From IMG/VR virus record IMGVR_UViG_3300037067_004891, positions 288,001 through 352,000 of that record: 64,000 bases of DNA; one strand, written 5' to 3'. The notes under the pieces are model-generated. The model was not told the origin of the DNA, ran no database searches, and saw nothing but the letters and a program-made list of their open reading frames with translations. Position numbers and translations under genes: made by a program. This DNA is from a virus. Its lineage: Duplodnaviria > Caudoviricetes. This document shows positions 9,701 through 18,869 of this stretch, piece after piece. Positions within the stretch are counted from its first letter, which is position 1. Every line of letters starts with the position of its first letter.

Positions 9701-10026
9701 ATTACAACAGGTATACCATCACCATCATTCCAAACGGATATTCGGTTATTTTCTATTTCAACCTTAATTACTTTAACACGACCAGTTTTAACACTATGAT
9801 CAGATGCATTAGTAATAATTTCATCAAATATTTTTATTAAACCAGCATTATAATTTATTTCTTTCTTGACAATTTTTAAATTTTCAAAATTGTTTATATC
9901 ATCAACTGTAAACACTAATCTTCTTTCAGAATTTATAGAACCAATATAAGTATCGCTACGTTGTAGTACATGTTCTCTCTGTGAAAGTTTCTTATACTGT
10001 TCTTCAATCTTCTTTTTCTTAGCCAT
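6736..10026 (-). CDS. top2: Single-chain type IIA DNA topoisomerase (GyrB- and GyrA-like regions fused)
   Basis: EIITNASD, GGRNGIG, EGDSA, PIKGK, MTDADCDG, KGLGT, DGLKPSQRK and GTRLHGGEDSAAARY (catalytic Tyr). Confidence 0.95.
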   Translation of the reverse strand: MAKKKKIEEQYKKLSQREHVLQRSDTYIGSINSERRLVFTVDDINNFENLKIVKKEINYNAGLIKIFDEIITNASDHSVKTGRVKVIKVEIENNRISVWNDGDGIPVVIHKDEKVYVPELIFGHLLTGENYDDTEQRIGGGRNGIGSKACNIFSKEFMVETADGKNYYKQVFTDNLSTDKKGKLPKPHIRATSKKFTKISFLPDYERFGFTELTDDIKSVMIKRTIDIAAYNPNVKVYFNNNLINIKTFKDYMKLFMPDDQEIIYEKINDFWEVGIMKTSTDSFEQISLVNGLATLQGGTHVNYIINQITSKLKVSLSRGNKFEINPNDIKSKIFLFLNSKIFNPEFDSQVKEILNTKVSTFKDVEISDNFIKKILKSDITQEILDYIELKEQLALKKSVQNKNNKTPKVQKLVDANKAGTKESDKCFLFITEGDSASSFAVSGFKYTGRDYYGSFPIKGKPINVRDISISKLKQNEELSNIAQILGLEYGKKYTDTSSLRYGKLVLMTDADCDGYHIKGLILNYIEMFFPSLLNNFMYEFITPILRITKNGKHKYFYKIKDYDKWKDTNDLTGYTIKHFKGLGTLSKDEVKMVFENIDKHLIKFHYTNPEKTKDVIDLAFRKNRADDRKKWMGEYDINNNFDKLSQKTTYESFMNNEFIEYSLFDVVRNVPNIMDGLKPSQRKILYTLLKLNKSGEINVGELFGYVKSIAIYNHGPQSLEEAIITMAQDFVGSNNLPLIEPIGSFGTRLHGGEDSAAARYIHTELRQITKTIFKDSDKELLNYLESDGKIVEPQYYIPCICLILVNGCNGIGTGFSTTIPKFNINDLIVYLENKLKDKKKNITLTPFYNKFKGKIQYDEAVDNCITTGIINRINDNQLNITELPVGTWNENYYNFLDKLIDNKIIKNYIKKCNDDDVNIIINLSKEYPIKDDKLYDLFQLTSRINMSNMHLFDINSKIKKYDTVYDIINEFYINRLPFYEQRRQNIIGKINKDIQILTNRCNFIDLIINNKILISNKNKEYIEQECENNKLDKLDNSYDYLLNMVIYSLSKEKYDNLKNQLSDKLKDLEEYSKKTIQEIWLGDLSELKREIKKLN

Positions 10027-10104
10027 TCAGAATTTTTTATTTTTAGATGTTATGTTTTTATATAACTATTTTTACGTTTTGTTTTATTAAAATAAATTAT
10101 AAAT

Positions 10105-10132
10105 GAAAAAGCCCTATAAAATAAGGGCTTTC
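10105..10132. terminator. Hairpin, possibly a terminator
   Basis: AAAGCCCT-ATAAAATA-AGGGCTTT, but it lies between divergent genes. Confidence 0.4.
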
Positions 10133-10226
10133 AAATAATAACATTCAATCAACATAATGTTTTTGCTTATTTATATATTTATTTTAATATGACAAAAATA
10201 ATATATAAAACAAAAATTATTTTTTT

Positions 10227-11057
10227 ATGACATATATTCATAATTGGAAATCATTTAATGAAGAAATACATAATGATATATCATTATCAATCCAATTTAA
10301 TGATTTCGACTTTGTTTTAGAAGGAAATAATTCAATTGAATTTCTAAAAGAAAAAATTAAAAATATTTTCTTTAATTTAAAAACTAAAGCTCAAATAAAA
10401 AATTTTTTAAAATACTCCATTAGTAAAATATTTAATTCATCATTAACGAATAAAAGAATATTAATTATATTCATTTTATCATTAACAATGATAAAAATAT
10501 CATCTTCCGAAATTAAATCTATTGATTTTCATAATATAAAAATAAATAGTTATATAAATGATTTATTATTGGCTGGTATAGAACCACAACCTAATATAAA
10601 TTATAATGATGCTGTTTCAGATGAAACATTAGAATTTCTTGATAAATTATCATTTAGAGAATCCAGTAATAATTGGAAAAGTGCTAAAAAAGGATATGTT
10701 GGTCAATATCAATTTGGAAAATATGCATTTGCTGATATTGGAAAACAACCAATAGATTCTGATGAATTTATTAATAATCCAGATATTTATTCAAAAGAAG
10801 AACAAAATAAAGATGTTATAAAATTATTAAAGAAAAATAAATATTATTTAAGAAATTATTACAAATATATCGGACAAACTATAAATGGTGTTGAAATTAC
10901 TGAATCTGGTATGTTAGCAGCATCTCATTTAGTAGGTCAAAATGCTGTTAAAAGATTTTTAGCATCAAATGGTAAAAACAATGATACAGATGGTAATGGT
11001 GTTCCTTGTTCTAATTATTTAAAATATTTTACTGGATATAAATTAAATATAATTTAA
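10227..11057 (+). CDS. Lysozyme/lytic-transglycosylase-like protein with a CTS-like N-terminus
   Basis: RESSNN..GYVGQYQFG and GVEITESGMLAASHLVG motifs. Confidence 0.7.
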   Translation: MTYIHNWKSFNEEIHNDISLSIQFNDFDFVLEGNNSIEFLKEKIKNIFFNLKTKAQIKNFLKYSISKIFNSSLTNKRILIIFILSLTMIKISSSEIKSIDFHNIKINSYINDLLLAGIEPQPNINYNDAVSDETLEFLDKLSFRESSNNWKSAKKGYVGQYQFGKYAFADIGKQPIDSDEFINNPDIYSKEEQNKDVIKLLKKNKYYLRNYYKYIGQTINGVEITESGMLAASHLVGQNAVKRFLASNGKNNDTDGNGVPCSNYLKYFTGYKLNII

Positions 11058-11190
11058 ATGAACTACCGCTAAACTAAAAGATTTAGCGGTTTCCTACTTC
11101 GCAGACTTCGTAACCTCCGTCTCCATAGGTGTACTCGCCAGTTCCTGACGAGAGAAGGTTTAAACCTTCTGTTTCAATATTTTTAGCAGC
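11040..11190 (-). ncRNA. TnpB omega/reRNA overlapping the tnpB 3' end (approximate bounds; predicted guide begins TTTAAATTATATTT)
   Basis: Established TnpB architecture: the scaffold ends at the right end (GTAGTTCA) and the flank supplies the guide. Confidence 0.65.
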
Positions 11191-12243
11191 ATTTAAATCT
11201 CTATTATGTTTCTGACCACATATCGGACATTCCCATTGTCTTATATTTAATGGTAAGTCTTGTAATATATGTTTACACTTATGACATGTTTTTGATGATG
11301 GAAACCATCTGCTTATCTTTACCAGTTGCTTATCATTCCAGTCAGATTTATATTTTAAATATGTTAAAAATGCCCCCCAAGACACATCGGATATTGATTT
11401 ACTTAGTTTATCATTTTTTAACATACCTTTAATATTCAAATCTTCACAACAAATAATATCGTAATGACTGATTAAACGGGTACTTACTTTATGCAGCATA
11501 TCATTCCGAGAATTGACTATCTTCTCATGAATTCTTGCTACTTTAATTCTTTCTTTATTTTTATTATTACTTCCCTTTTTTTTCCTACTTAAATGTTGTT
11601 GCTCTCTCTTTAATTTCTTTTGATATTTAATTGTGTATTTATGATTTTCAAATTTATTATCATCTGATGTTATTACAAAATCTTTTAAACCCAAATCAAT
11701 ACCTACCGACTTCCCTGTCTTTTCTTTCGGTTGATATTCAACTTCACAAAGAAAGCTTATGTAATATTTACCTACTGGTGTTTTTGAAATGGTGCAGTTT
11801 CTTATATTTGTTATTTCAACGTTCTTCTGATTTACTTTAATACCTTCTTTAAATTTGGGTAAGAATACCTTTTTATCTATTAGTTCAATGTGTTGAGGGA
11901 TATGGAACGAATTCTTATCTTTTCTGGATTTGAATCTTGGAAACTGGGCTAACTTTTTAAAGAAATTAATATATGCTGTATCAAGGTGTCTTAAAGAATG
12001 TTGTAATGATTGACTATTAACTTCTTTTAGCCAAATATATTCTTCTTTCTTTTTAAGTTCAGTTAAATATTCTGCTTGTTTATAATAATTTAAAGTCTTA
12101 TTACCTTTTAAATATTCATCTTTTCTCTGGTTTAAAAAATAATTAAAAATGAATCTATTACAACCAAAATGTTTATTCAACAAAATTTCTTGTTGTTTGG
12201 TTGGTTTTAATTCAAATTTATATGTCTTTTTTATAACCTTCAT
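11083..12243 (-). CDS. tnpB: TnpB RNA-guided endonuclease
   Basis: HTH N-terminus, RuvC motifs GIDLG / CEDL / RDLNAA and a CxxC..CxxC zinc finger. Confidence 0.95.
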   Translation of the reverse strand: MKVIKKTYKFELKPTKQQEILLNKHFGCNRFIFNYFLNQRKDEYLKGNKTLNYYKQAEYLTELKKKEEYIWLKEVNSQSLQHSLRHLDTAYINFFKKLAQFPRFKSRKDKNSFHIPQHIELIDKKVFLPKFKEGIKVNQKNVEITNIRNCTISKTPVGKYYISFLCEVEYQPKEKTGKSVGIDLGLKDFVITSDDNKFENHKYTIKYQKKLKREQQHLSRKKKGSNNKNKERIKVARIHEKIVNSRNDMLHKVSTRLISHYDIICCEDLNIKGMLKNDKLSKSISDVSWGAFLTYLKYKSDWNDKQLVKISRWFPSSKTCHKCKHILQDLPLNIRQWECPICGQKHNRDLNAAKNIETEGLNLLSSGTGEYTYGDGGYEVCEVGNR

Positions 12244-12301
12244 AACTTATTATATGTATATATTTACAAAAAGTTGTCAAATTTAGTAAATATTTTCAAT
12301 T

Positions 12302-12705
12302 ATGTCTAAGTATTACAGAGAAAACCACTCAAAGTATATAATTAAATGTCATTTAATATTTGTATGTAAATACAGGAAACATCTGTTATTTGGTTCTTTG
12401 GATATGCACATGAAACAAATTATGTTAGATATATCAACGAAATCTGATTTTGATATTGAAGTAATGGAAACTGATAAGAATTATATATTCATTTCTTAAT
12501 ATGTTATCCACCGAAATTATCATTAACTTCAATTGTGAGAAGATTAAAACAAATTTCAACTATTAATATCTGGCATCTATATCCAAATTATTTACAACAA
12601 CATTTTTGGAAAGAACACACTTTCTGGTCTGATAGTTACTTTGTGTGTTCAATAGGTGATGCAAACCCAGATAATATTAGGAAATATATTGAGCAGCAAG
12701 GTTAA
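12302..12705 (+). pseudogene. tnpA: Y1 HUH transposase TnpA, frameshifted
   Basis: HLIFVCKYRK start. A +2 insertion near 12485 falls in the HUH motif (reads NYIH after repair). The downstream frame gives FWSDSYFVCSIG...KYIEQQG. Confidence 0.9.
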
Positions 12706-12793
12706 TATATACTAAGAGTGAAATTCATCCACGAAACTGAAGATTTCGTGGTTTTCTTTCACAAAAATATAAATATATTTATAAATCTCTTAT

Positions 12794-13009
12794 TTATTCT
12801 AAAATTTTTTTTAATTTCTCTTGCCTTAACACTTCTTCTATTATTTTCATTTCTTTTAAAACAGATTCATTCATATTTACATTTCGTTCAATAGAGTTTT
12901 TATACTCTTTTAATTTTCTTTCAAAAAAAATGATATGTCGTCTATAATATTCTCGGATAGAAATATCAATACTATATTTTGGTTTTATTATTTTTTCTTC
13001 TTTTTTCAT
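12794..13009 (-). CDS. Hypothetical protein with a C-terminal RQEKLKKI motif
   Basis: 71-aa ORF. Confidence 0.55.
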   Translation of the reverse strand: MKKEEKIIKPKYSIDISIREYYRRHIIFFERKLKEYKNSIERNVNMNESVLKEMKIIEEVLRQEKLKKILE

Positions 13010-13171
13010 TCTTAGTAAAAGTAATAATTTTTAATTTAATATGATTAATTTTTTAAAATATAAAAATATAATATATATATATATCATTAAGTTGTACCTT
13101 TTGAGGAAGTTTGAAATGCTACATTTTCATGTAATTGATAATGAGATTATTATAAATAATTTGTATATAGA

Positions 13172-14242
13172 TTAAAAACGTTGGGTAGATTGTGTAATAT
13201 CTTCTTTAAGTTTTATATAAAAAACAATTTCTTTTTGATTAATATCTACGGAGTAGTCAACTCTATAATTCCAATTGTATTTGAGTATCCAATTTTCCAA
13301 GGTTGTTAAAAATTGAAAGTGTGGTAAATTCGGATTTATAAAATCTTCATAATCGAATTTTTTATAACATATTTTATTGTTGATTATATAAACAGGTTTT
13401 TCTTTTAGAAATAATTTAAATTCCTTTCGAACTTTACACAAAAATGTTAAATTATTAAGATTGATTGTTTGTAAAACACTATATATAGGAATTATAGAAT
13501 TCATATTTAAAGATTTTAAAAATTTGGTTGTTACTTTAAACTGACCAGTTTGTATTAATTTGTGGTCGTGATTAACATAAAAACCATATTTTAAAATAAA
13601 AGATTCTATCGAAAAATAAAGTGATAAATTGGAAATGTTATTATTTGAAATTAATGTATTATAAGTAATTATAAGAGATTCTTTGTCTTTTAATTCTTCG
13701 TTTAATAATATGTAGTTATTAATATTTATCGTGTGAAAAAATAAATTATAATCACCAGTGTTCAGATATAATTTATCTTTTTGTTTAATAAAGTTAATAC
13801 TGAATTCTGATAAAATTCTTAAAAGTATAACAAAAGCTCGTTCACCATCGAACAATACTTTATTTTCTTTGAGTAATGTCGAAAATAATATTATTTTGCG
13901 TTCTGTTTCTAATTCCACATCATTTATCTGGTCTACGGTATAAAAGTTATTTTTAAATTTTTTGTAATATTTATCTAATAATATATTCACACATTCGTCA
14001 TATGGCTTAGTAGCAACACAACATTTTTCGACAATATCTTTAATACCTTGAACATCGTTATATTTATTAAGAAAAAAAGCATCATTAAAATCATTAATTT
14101 CATCTTTTGGTATGTTATACGGTTCACCCATTATTATATATTTTAATTCGTTTTGAACACCATCAAAATAATATTGATACATGGGATCAAAAATTGGACG
14201 TACACCTTTTAAATCTTTTTTTCTATTTAAATCTGTTAACAT
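13172..14242 (-). CDS. Hypothetical protein
   Basis: 356-aa ORF overlapping the upstream gene. Confidence 0.7.
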   Translation of the reverse strand: MLTDLNRKKDLKGVRPIFDPMYQYYFDGVQNELKYIIMGEPYNIPKDEINDFNDAFFLNKYNDVQGIKDIVEKCCVATKPYDECVNILLDKYYKKFKNNFYTVDQINDVELETERKIILFSTLLKENKVLFDGERAFVILLRILSEFSINFIKQKDKLYLNTGDYNLFFHTININNYILLNEELKDKESLIITYNTLISNNNISNLSLYFSIESFILKYGFYVNHDHKLIQTGQFKVTTKFLKSLNMNSIIPIYSVLQTINLNNLTFLCKVRKEFKLFLKEKPVYIINNKICYKKFDYEDFINPNLPHFQFLTTLENWILKYNWNYRVDYSVDINQKEIVFYIKLKEDITQSTQRF

Positions 14243-15428
14243 ATTTTTTAATTTTTAATATTTTACTTTCTTCCATCTGGACAGGTTCTTCTTCCTGAAC
14301 TTCTTCTTCAGTTTCCATTTCATCTTTCATTTCTTGATAATAATATGGGTCAAAATTATAGTCATTAAAAGATAACATATCAACATTATTGAAGAAATCT
14401 ACCATTTCAAGAAATTTTTTAAATTCTTCTTTTAATGAGTAGTCATTAAAATCATTATATTCATTTGATGAATTATAATATATTTTAGTTATAAATTTAG
14501 GCATAATTACACCACCATAACCAAATTTTCTATATGTAGAACCTATATACTTATTTTTTAGATATTTTAAAACTTCATTTTTATCGGATATATAATGTGG
14601 TTCTATTTTAGAATATATTTCATGGTCACCTTTATCACCTATATATGTTTTGAAAAAATCATAATCAAAATCTATTTTAGATATATCAATACCTGATGTA
14701 TCAATTTCAATAATAACAGGTGGCATATTATTAATATTTCCAGCTTTTCCAGCATGAAACATCGCACTTGTTTTTTCACCCGTTAAAAATGAATAATTTT
14801 TATGTTTTATATTTTTAAAGTTTGAGGGTGAAATATTGGGACGTAATCCAAGTTTTAATATATTTTCTAAATATTTAACTGATGTTCCATGATAAACATA
14901 TTTTGGTATTTTTCGAAACTGTACTTCTTTAGTAAAACTATCTATAAGATTATCGATATAAACTCTTTTTTCTATTGTTTCTGTATTATTATAACCAACT
15001 GTTTCATACATTTCTAAAGTATCAACACCTAATTTATTTTTCAATTCTTTAATAACATCAATAAAAAATTTTGAACTGTTAATATCTTGTGTGAACTCAT
15101 CATATACATCTATTTTTAGTGTATCTGGTGTACTTGTTTCATAATGAAATATCACAACGTTAGGATAATTTTCTTGTAAATCTCTTATTAAATTTGACAC
15201 TTCTTCATTTTTAATATCTTCAGTTTCCCCTTTATATGTGCCAAGTTCTTTTAAAATATCAGTATATATTCTTATAATACCTTTTGTGTCATAATCATCA
15301 ACTATATAAATATATTTTCTAAATGCTATAATGGTGCATTCTTCCGATTCTTTTATACTATTAAAATCGGGGTGTAATATTACTTCATTTAAAAAATCGT
15401 TGAATTTTATAATCTCCATTGATGGCAT
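14223..15428 (-). CDS. Tpt1/KptA- or ADP-ribosyltransferase-like domain protein with a CTS-like N-terminus
   Basis: YHGTS..LENILK.GLRP motif; N-terminus MEIIKFNDFLNE. Confidence 0.6.
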   Translation of the reverse strand: MPSMEIIKFNDFLNEVILHPDFNSIKESEECTIIAFRKYIYIVDDYDTKGIIRIYTDILKELGTYKGETEDIKNEEVSNLIRDLQENYPNVVIFHYETSTPDTLKIDVYDEFTQDINSSKFFIDVIKELKNKLGVDTLEMYETVGYNNTETIEKRVYIDNLIDSFTKEVQFRKIPKYVYHGTSVKYLENILKLGLRPNISPSNFKNIKHKNYSFLTGEKTSAMFHAGKAGNINNMPPVIIEIDTSGIDISKIDFDYDFFKTYIGDKGDHEIYSKIEPHYISDKNEVLKYLKNKYIGSTYRKFGYGGVIMPKFITKIYYNSSNEYNDFNDYSLKEEFKKFLEMVDFFNNVDMLSFNDYNFDPYYYQEMKDEMETEEEVQEEEPVQMEESKILKIKKYVNRFK

Positions 15429-15515
15429 AATTTTTTATTATATATTAAAATCAAAAAATTAAAACATTAGTCTTAAATTTGCATATACATTTAAAACAAA
15501 TAATCTAATTTTTTA

Positions 15516-17198
15516 ATGGTAGAATTCGAAGATGGTAAATATCAGCTTTATTATGAATTGAAATATGAACCCCGACAACAACAAATAGACGGGGTTAATT
15601 TTATTAAAAAAGCTATATTAACTGGTAATAAATATATGTTGTTGAACTTGCCCACTGGTGTTGGTAAGAGTTTCTTGGCTACTATGTTCATAAACTGGTA
15701 TCTAAATCATGTTAATGAAAAAGCTAAGTTTGATGTCCTGACTAATTCTAAGTTACTACAAGACCAGTATATAAAGGAATTTCCATATATACGGAATTTA
15801 AAAGGACGAGCCAATTATCCTTGTGACCCATATAATACAAATTGTGATGAGGGTATGGAAATTTGTACCGCTAAAAAGAAAAAATGTGATAGATGTCCAT
15901 ATTTGTTAGCTTTATCAAATTATATTGGAAGTCGAGTTTCAATGACTAATTTTCACATGTTTGATATTGCAAATATTTTCAGTACTTGTTTTAAGACTGT
16001 TAGAGAAAGTAAAGTTTTAATTGTAGATGAAGCTTCAGATTTTGATCAAGTTTTTTGTAATTATATGACAACAGAATTAAATGTTAATGTTTTTACAAAA
16101 TGTGGTTTCGAACAAACAAAAATAAATGAATATAAAAATATTATTTCATCTATTGTTGATATCACAACACTTGTTGATGTTATTATAAAAAATTTTTTAC
16201 CAGATTTGGATAAAAGAATTAAATATTTAAGATCAGAAATGTTGGATGCTGATCAACATAGTAAATCAACTCCAATTGATACATATAAAAAATGGGCTGC
16301 TCAGTCAAGAGAATGTTCTTCTAAATTTAATTCTCTGGATTTATTTATAAAAGAATTTCAAAACAATCCTGAAAATTGGTTTTTAGAAACTATTAATAAA
16401 TATGATAAAAGAAAAAAAGAATCTGGTGAATTTAAATCTTTGATTGTACAACCAGTTTGGGGAAGTGAATATATACCAAAATATGCTCTGAATCAATATG
16501 ACCATATTATATTTATGTCTGCTACCATATTAAATAAAAAATTATTTTGTTATATTAATGGACTGAATGAAGATATAACCAAATATTATGAAATACCTTC
16601 ACCATTCCCTGTTAAAAACAGACCTATTTATTATATCAAAGCTGGTAAAATGACTTATAAAGAAAAAGAAAATAGTTACAAATATCATTTTGATTATATT
16701 ATAAAAACTTTAAATAAATATAAGAACGATAAAGGTATTATACACACATTCAATTATGAACTGGCTACAAGGTTGAGTGATGACTTGAATAAAACGGAAT
16801 TTAAAGATAGAATTATTATTCATGATACTGCAAGTAGAAATGATAAATTAGATCAGCATATTAATAGTAAACTACCAACTGTTTTGATTTCTCCGAGTAT
16901 GATGATGGGTGTGGATTTAAAAGATGAATTAAGTCGTTTTCAGATAATAATGAAAATACCATATCCAAATATAAAATCTAAGTTGGTAAAGAAAAGACAA
17001 CAAACAAATCCAGATTGGTATCGATGGAAAACAATTGTAGATTTAGTTCAGCAATATGGTAGAAGTGTGCGTTCATCTGAGGACTGGGCTATTACTATCA
17101 TTCTGGATAGTTCTCTATCAGACATATTAAATTTTCACGGAGAATTTTTACCTAAATATTTTGTTGATGCTATTAAGATAATGAAGATTAAATATTAA
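15516..17198 (+). CDS. DinG/XPD (Rad3)-family SF2 helicase
   Basis: PTGVGKS, Fe-S-type Cys cluster (C..N C..C..CDRCPY), DEA, MSAT, GVD and QQYGRSVRS motifs. Confidence 0.9.
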   Translation: MVEFEDGKYQLYYELKYEPRQQQIDGVNFIKKAILTGNKYMLLNLPTGVGKSFLATMFINWYLNHVNEKAKFDVLTNSKLLQDQYIKEFPYIRNLKGRANYPCDPYNTNCDEGMEICTAKKKKCDRCPYLLALSNYIGSRVSMTNFHMFDIANIFSTCFKTVRESKVLIVDEASDFDQVFCNYMTTELNVNVFTKCGFEQTKINEYKNIISSIVDITTLVDVIIKNFLPDLDKRIKYLRSEMLDADQHSKSTPIDTYKKWAAQSRECSSKFNSLDLFIKEFQNNPENWFLETINKYDKRKKESGEFKSLIVQPVWGSEYIPKYALNQYDHIIFMSATILNKKLFCYINGLNEDITKYYEIPSPFPVKNRPIYYIKAGKMTYKEKENSYKYHFDYIIKTLNKYKNDKGIIHTFNYELATRLSDDLNKTEFKDRIIIHDTASRNDKLDQHINSKLPTVLISPSMMMGVDLKDELSRFQIIMKIPYPNIKSKLVKKRQQTNPDWYRWKTIVDLVQQYGRSVRSSEDWAITIILDSSLSDILNFHGEFLPKYFVDAIKIMKIKY

Positions 17199-17203
17199 AG
17201 TTT

Positions 17204-17239
17204 CTGAAATCACTAAGTCTTTAGCTTAGTGGTAGTTGA
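17204..17239 (+). repeat. Solo IS605 right-end hairpin
   Basis: GAAATCACTAAGTCTTTAGCTTAGTGGTAGTTGA is near-identical to the 52078 right end. Confidence 0.75.
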
Positions 17240-17342
17240 TGTAATATAAGAGGTATGAATGATGAAAGTCGCCAACAACTCGAAGATTATATAATTAAAC
17301 ATTAATATTTATTAATTAAAACATGTTTTTAATTTTTTTTTA

Positions 17343-17585
17343 CTATATAATTATTAAATATAATATACCATATGTGATAATAAAATCAAATGTTACTATT
17401 AAAGTGTTTTTTAATTTTTGTGTGATACTATTTTTTGTGTATCCTACACATTTACCACAATATTTAAAATGCATTCGTATCCAATAGGTTGTTTCTATTA
17501 CTTCTTTGATTTTGACTTGTAAACAAGAAATATATAATATACCAACCATCCAAAATAAGAAATATAACCAATCTAATTGTTTCAT
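17343..17585 (-). CDS. Small membrane protein
   Basis: Two hydrophobic segments and a CxxC. Confidence 0.45.
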   Translation of the reverse strand: MKQLDWLYFLFWMVGILYISCLQVKIKEVIETTYWIRMHFKYCGKCVGYTKNSITQKLKNTLIVTFDFIITYGILYLIII

Positions 17586-17699
17586 ATGTTTTATTTTTTT
17601 AGTAAAATTGATAATTTTTTACATCAATTAATTATTAACATTGAGTTACCTAATGTTCAATTATAATTTTTAATTGAGTTATGATTCGCACTATCAAAA

Positions 17700-18212
17700 T
17701 TATATTTTATTTTCTATAAGACAATATATATCATTTTTGGTTTTGTTATTAATCACTATAATATCTACTGTTTTAAATCCATTTTTTTTACCTATACCAC
17801 CACTATTATATCCTATTGATATAACACACCCATTAGACTTAATAATTCTTGAAATTTCTGTTTTTAAAAAAGTCCAATATTGTGTTCTTGTGTGATACAA
17901 TTTTCTTTTTATGTTTAAATCATCAAAATATTTTATTAATCGTGTTATATTATATGGAGGATCATATATTACTAAATCAACACTTTCATCTTTTATATTC
18001 TTTAAAAAATCGAGCGCATCTAATTGATATTCAGTATTATATGCTTTGTTTATATCATTGTTTATTTTGGTTAATTTATTCATACCTGCGAAGGGATTTA
18101 TTGATACAAAATCATCTTTGTTTTTTAAAAGATTTTTTATTTTTTCTAAAATCTGAGGTTGTTTTGTATAATCATTATATATGTTTAAATCTTTATATCT
18201 TATTATATTCAT
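17700..18212 (-). CDS. Small N6-adenine/N4-cytosine DNA methyltransferase (paralog 2)
   Basis: NPFAG...DALDFL...DPPY. Confidence 0.8.
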   Translation of the reverse strand: MNIIRYKDLNIYNDYTKQPQILEKIKNLLKNKDDFVSINPFAGMNKLTKINNDINKAYNTEYQLDALDFLKNIKDESVDLVIYDPPYNITRLIKYFDDLNIKRKLYHTRTQYWTFLKTEISRIIKSNGCVISIGYNSGGIGKKNGFKTVDIIVINNKTKNDIYCLIENKI

Positions 18213-18214
18213 TT

Positions 18215-18721
18215 TTAAAATAATTTATTTTCTACCACACATACAGTATCATAGTGAATCCCACCATGAGGAACAAATAAAACTTCTATTATTTCCAAAT
18301 TATTGGACATATTTATACCTGATGAGTTCCAACTAAATGTAATAATTTTTCCATTTTTTTTGAGTTTTTCATGATATTTTTTGAAAATTTGAAACCAATA
18401 ATCATAATTATCATTGAGATTTTTTGATTCTTTTTGAATATTATAACATTGTTTTAATTGATTAAAATTATATGGTGGATCATTTAAAATTAAATCAATT
18501 GATTCATTTTCAAAAATATCTAAAAAAATCAAAGCATCTAAATGATGTGTTGTATCATATGATATATCTAAATCATTTGTTATCTTTGCTAATTTACTAT
18601 TATTAGCGAAAGGGTCAACACTTAATAAATTAGGATTATTATATTTTTTTATAAGTTCTTTTATTGGTTTTATTGAAAATGTGTTTTTATTTGGCATTGA
18701 CCATATTCTATTTATAATCAT
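18215..18721 (-). CDS. Small N6-adenine/N4-cytosine DNA methyltransferase (paralog 1)
   Basis: WSMPNKNTF, DPFAN, DPPY and HGG.H.DT motifs. Confidence 0.85.
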   Translation of the reverse strand: MIINRIWSMPNKNTFSIKPIKELIKKYNNPNLLSVDPFANNSKLAKITNDLDISYDTTHHLDALIFLDIFENESIDLILNDPPYNFNQLKQCYNIQKESKNLNDNYDYWFQIFKKYHEKLKKNGKIITFSWNSSGINMSNNLEIIEVLFVPHGGIHYDTVCVVENKLF

Positions 18722-18869
18722 TAATATATAAACTTTTTTATTTTTATATATTAAACAATAATGGGTATAAATATTATTTTTTTATTTATAATTTTTTTTA
18801 TATAATATTTTATTGTATTTTTGAGTATTAATTTATTTAAATTTAATATAAATATTAAAAAATAAAATA

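Larger units (their letters stand above)
11059..12768 (-). mobile_element. IS605-type element (tnpB plus divergent tnpA pseudogene)
   Basis: Right-end hairpin ending GGTAGTTCA at 11059, left-end hairpin at 12729-12751, TTTAT target motif at 12769-12773 (-). Confidence 0.9.
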
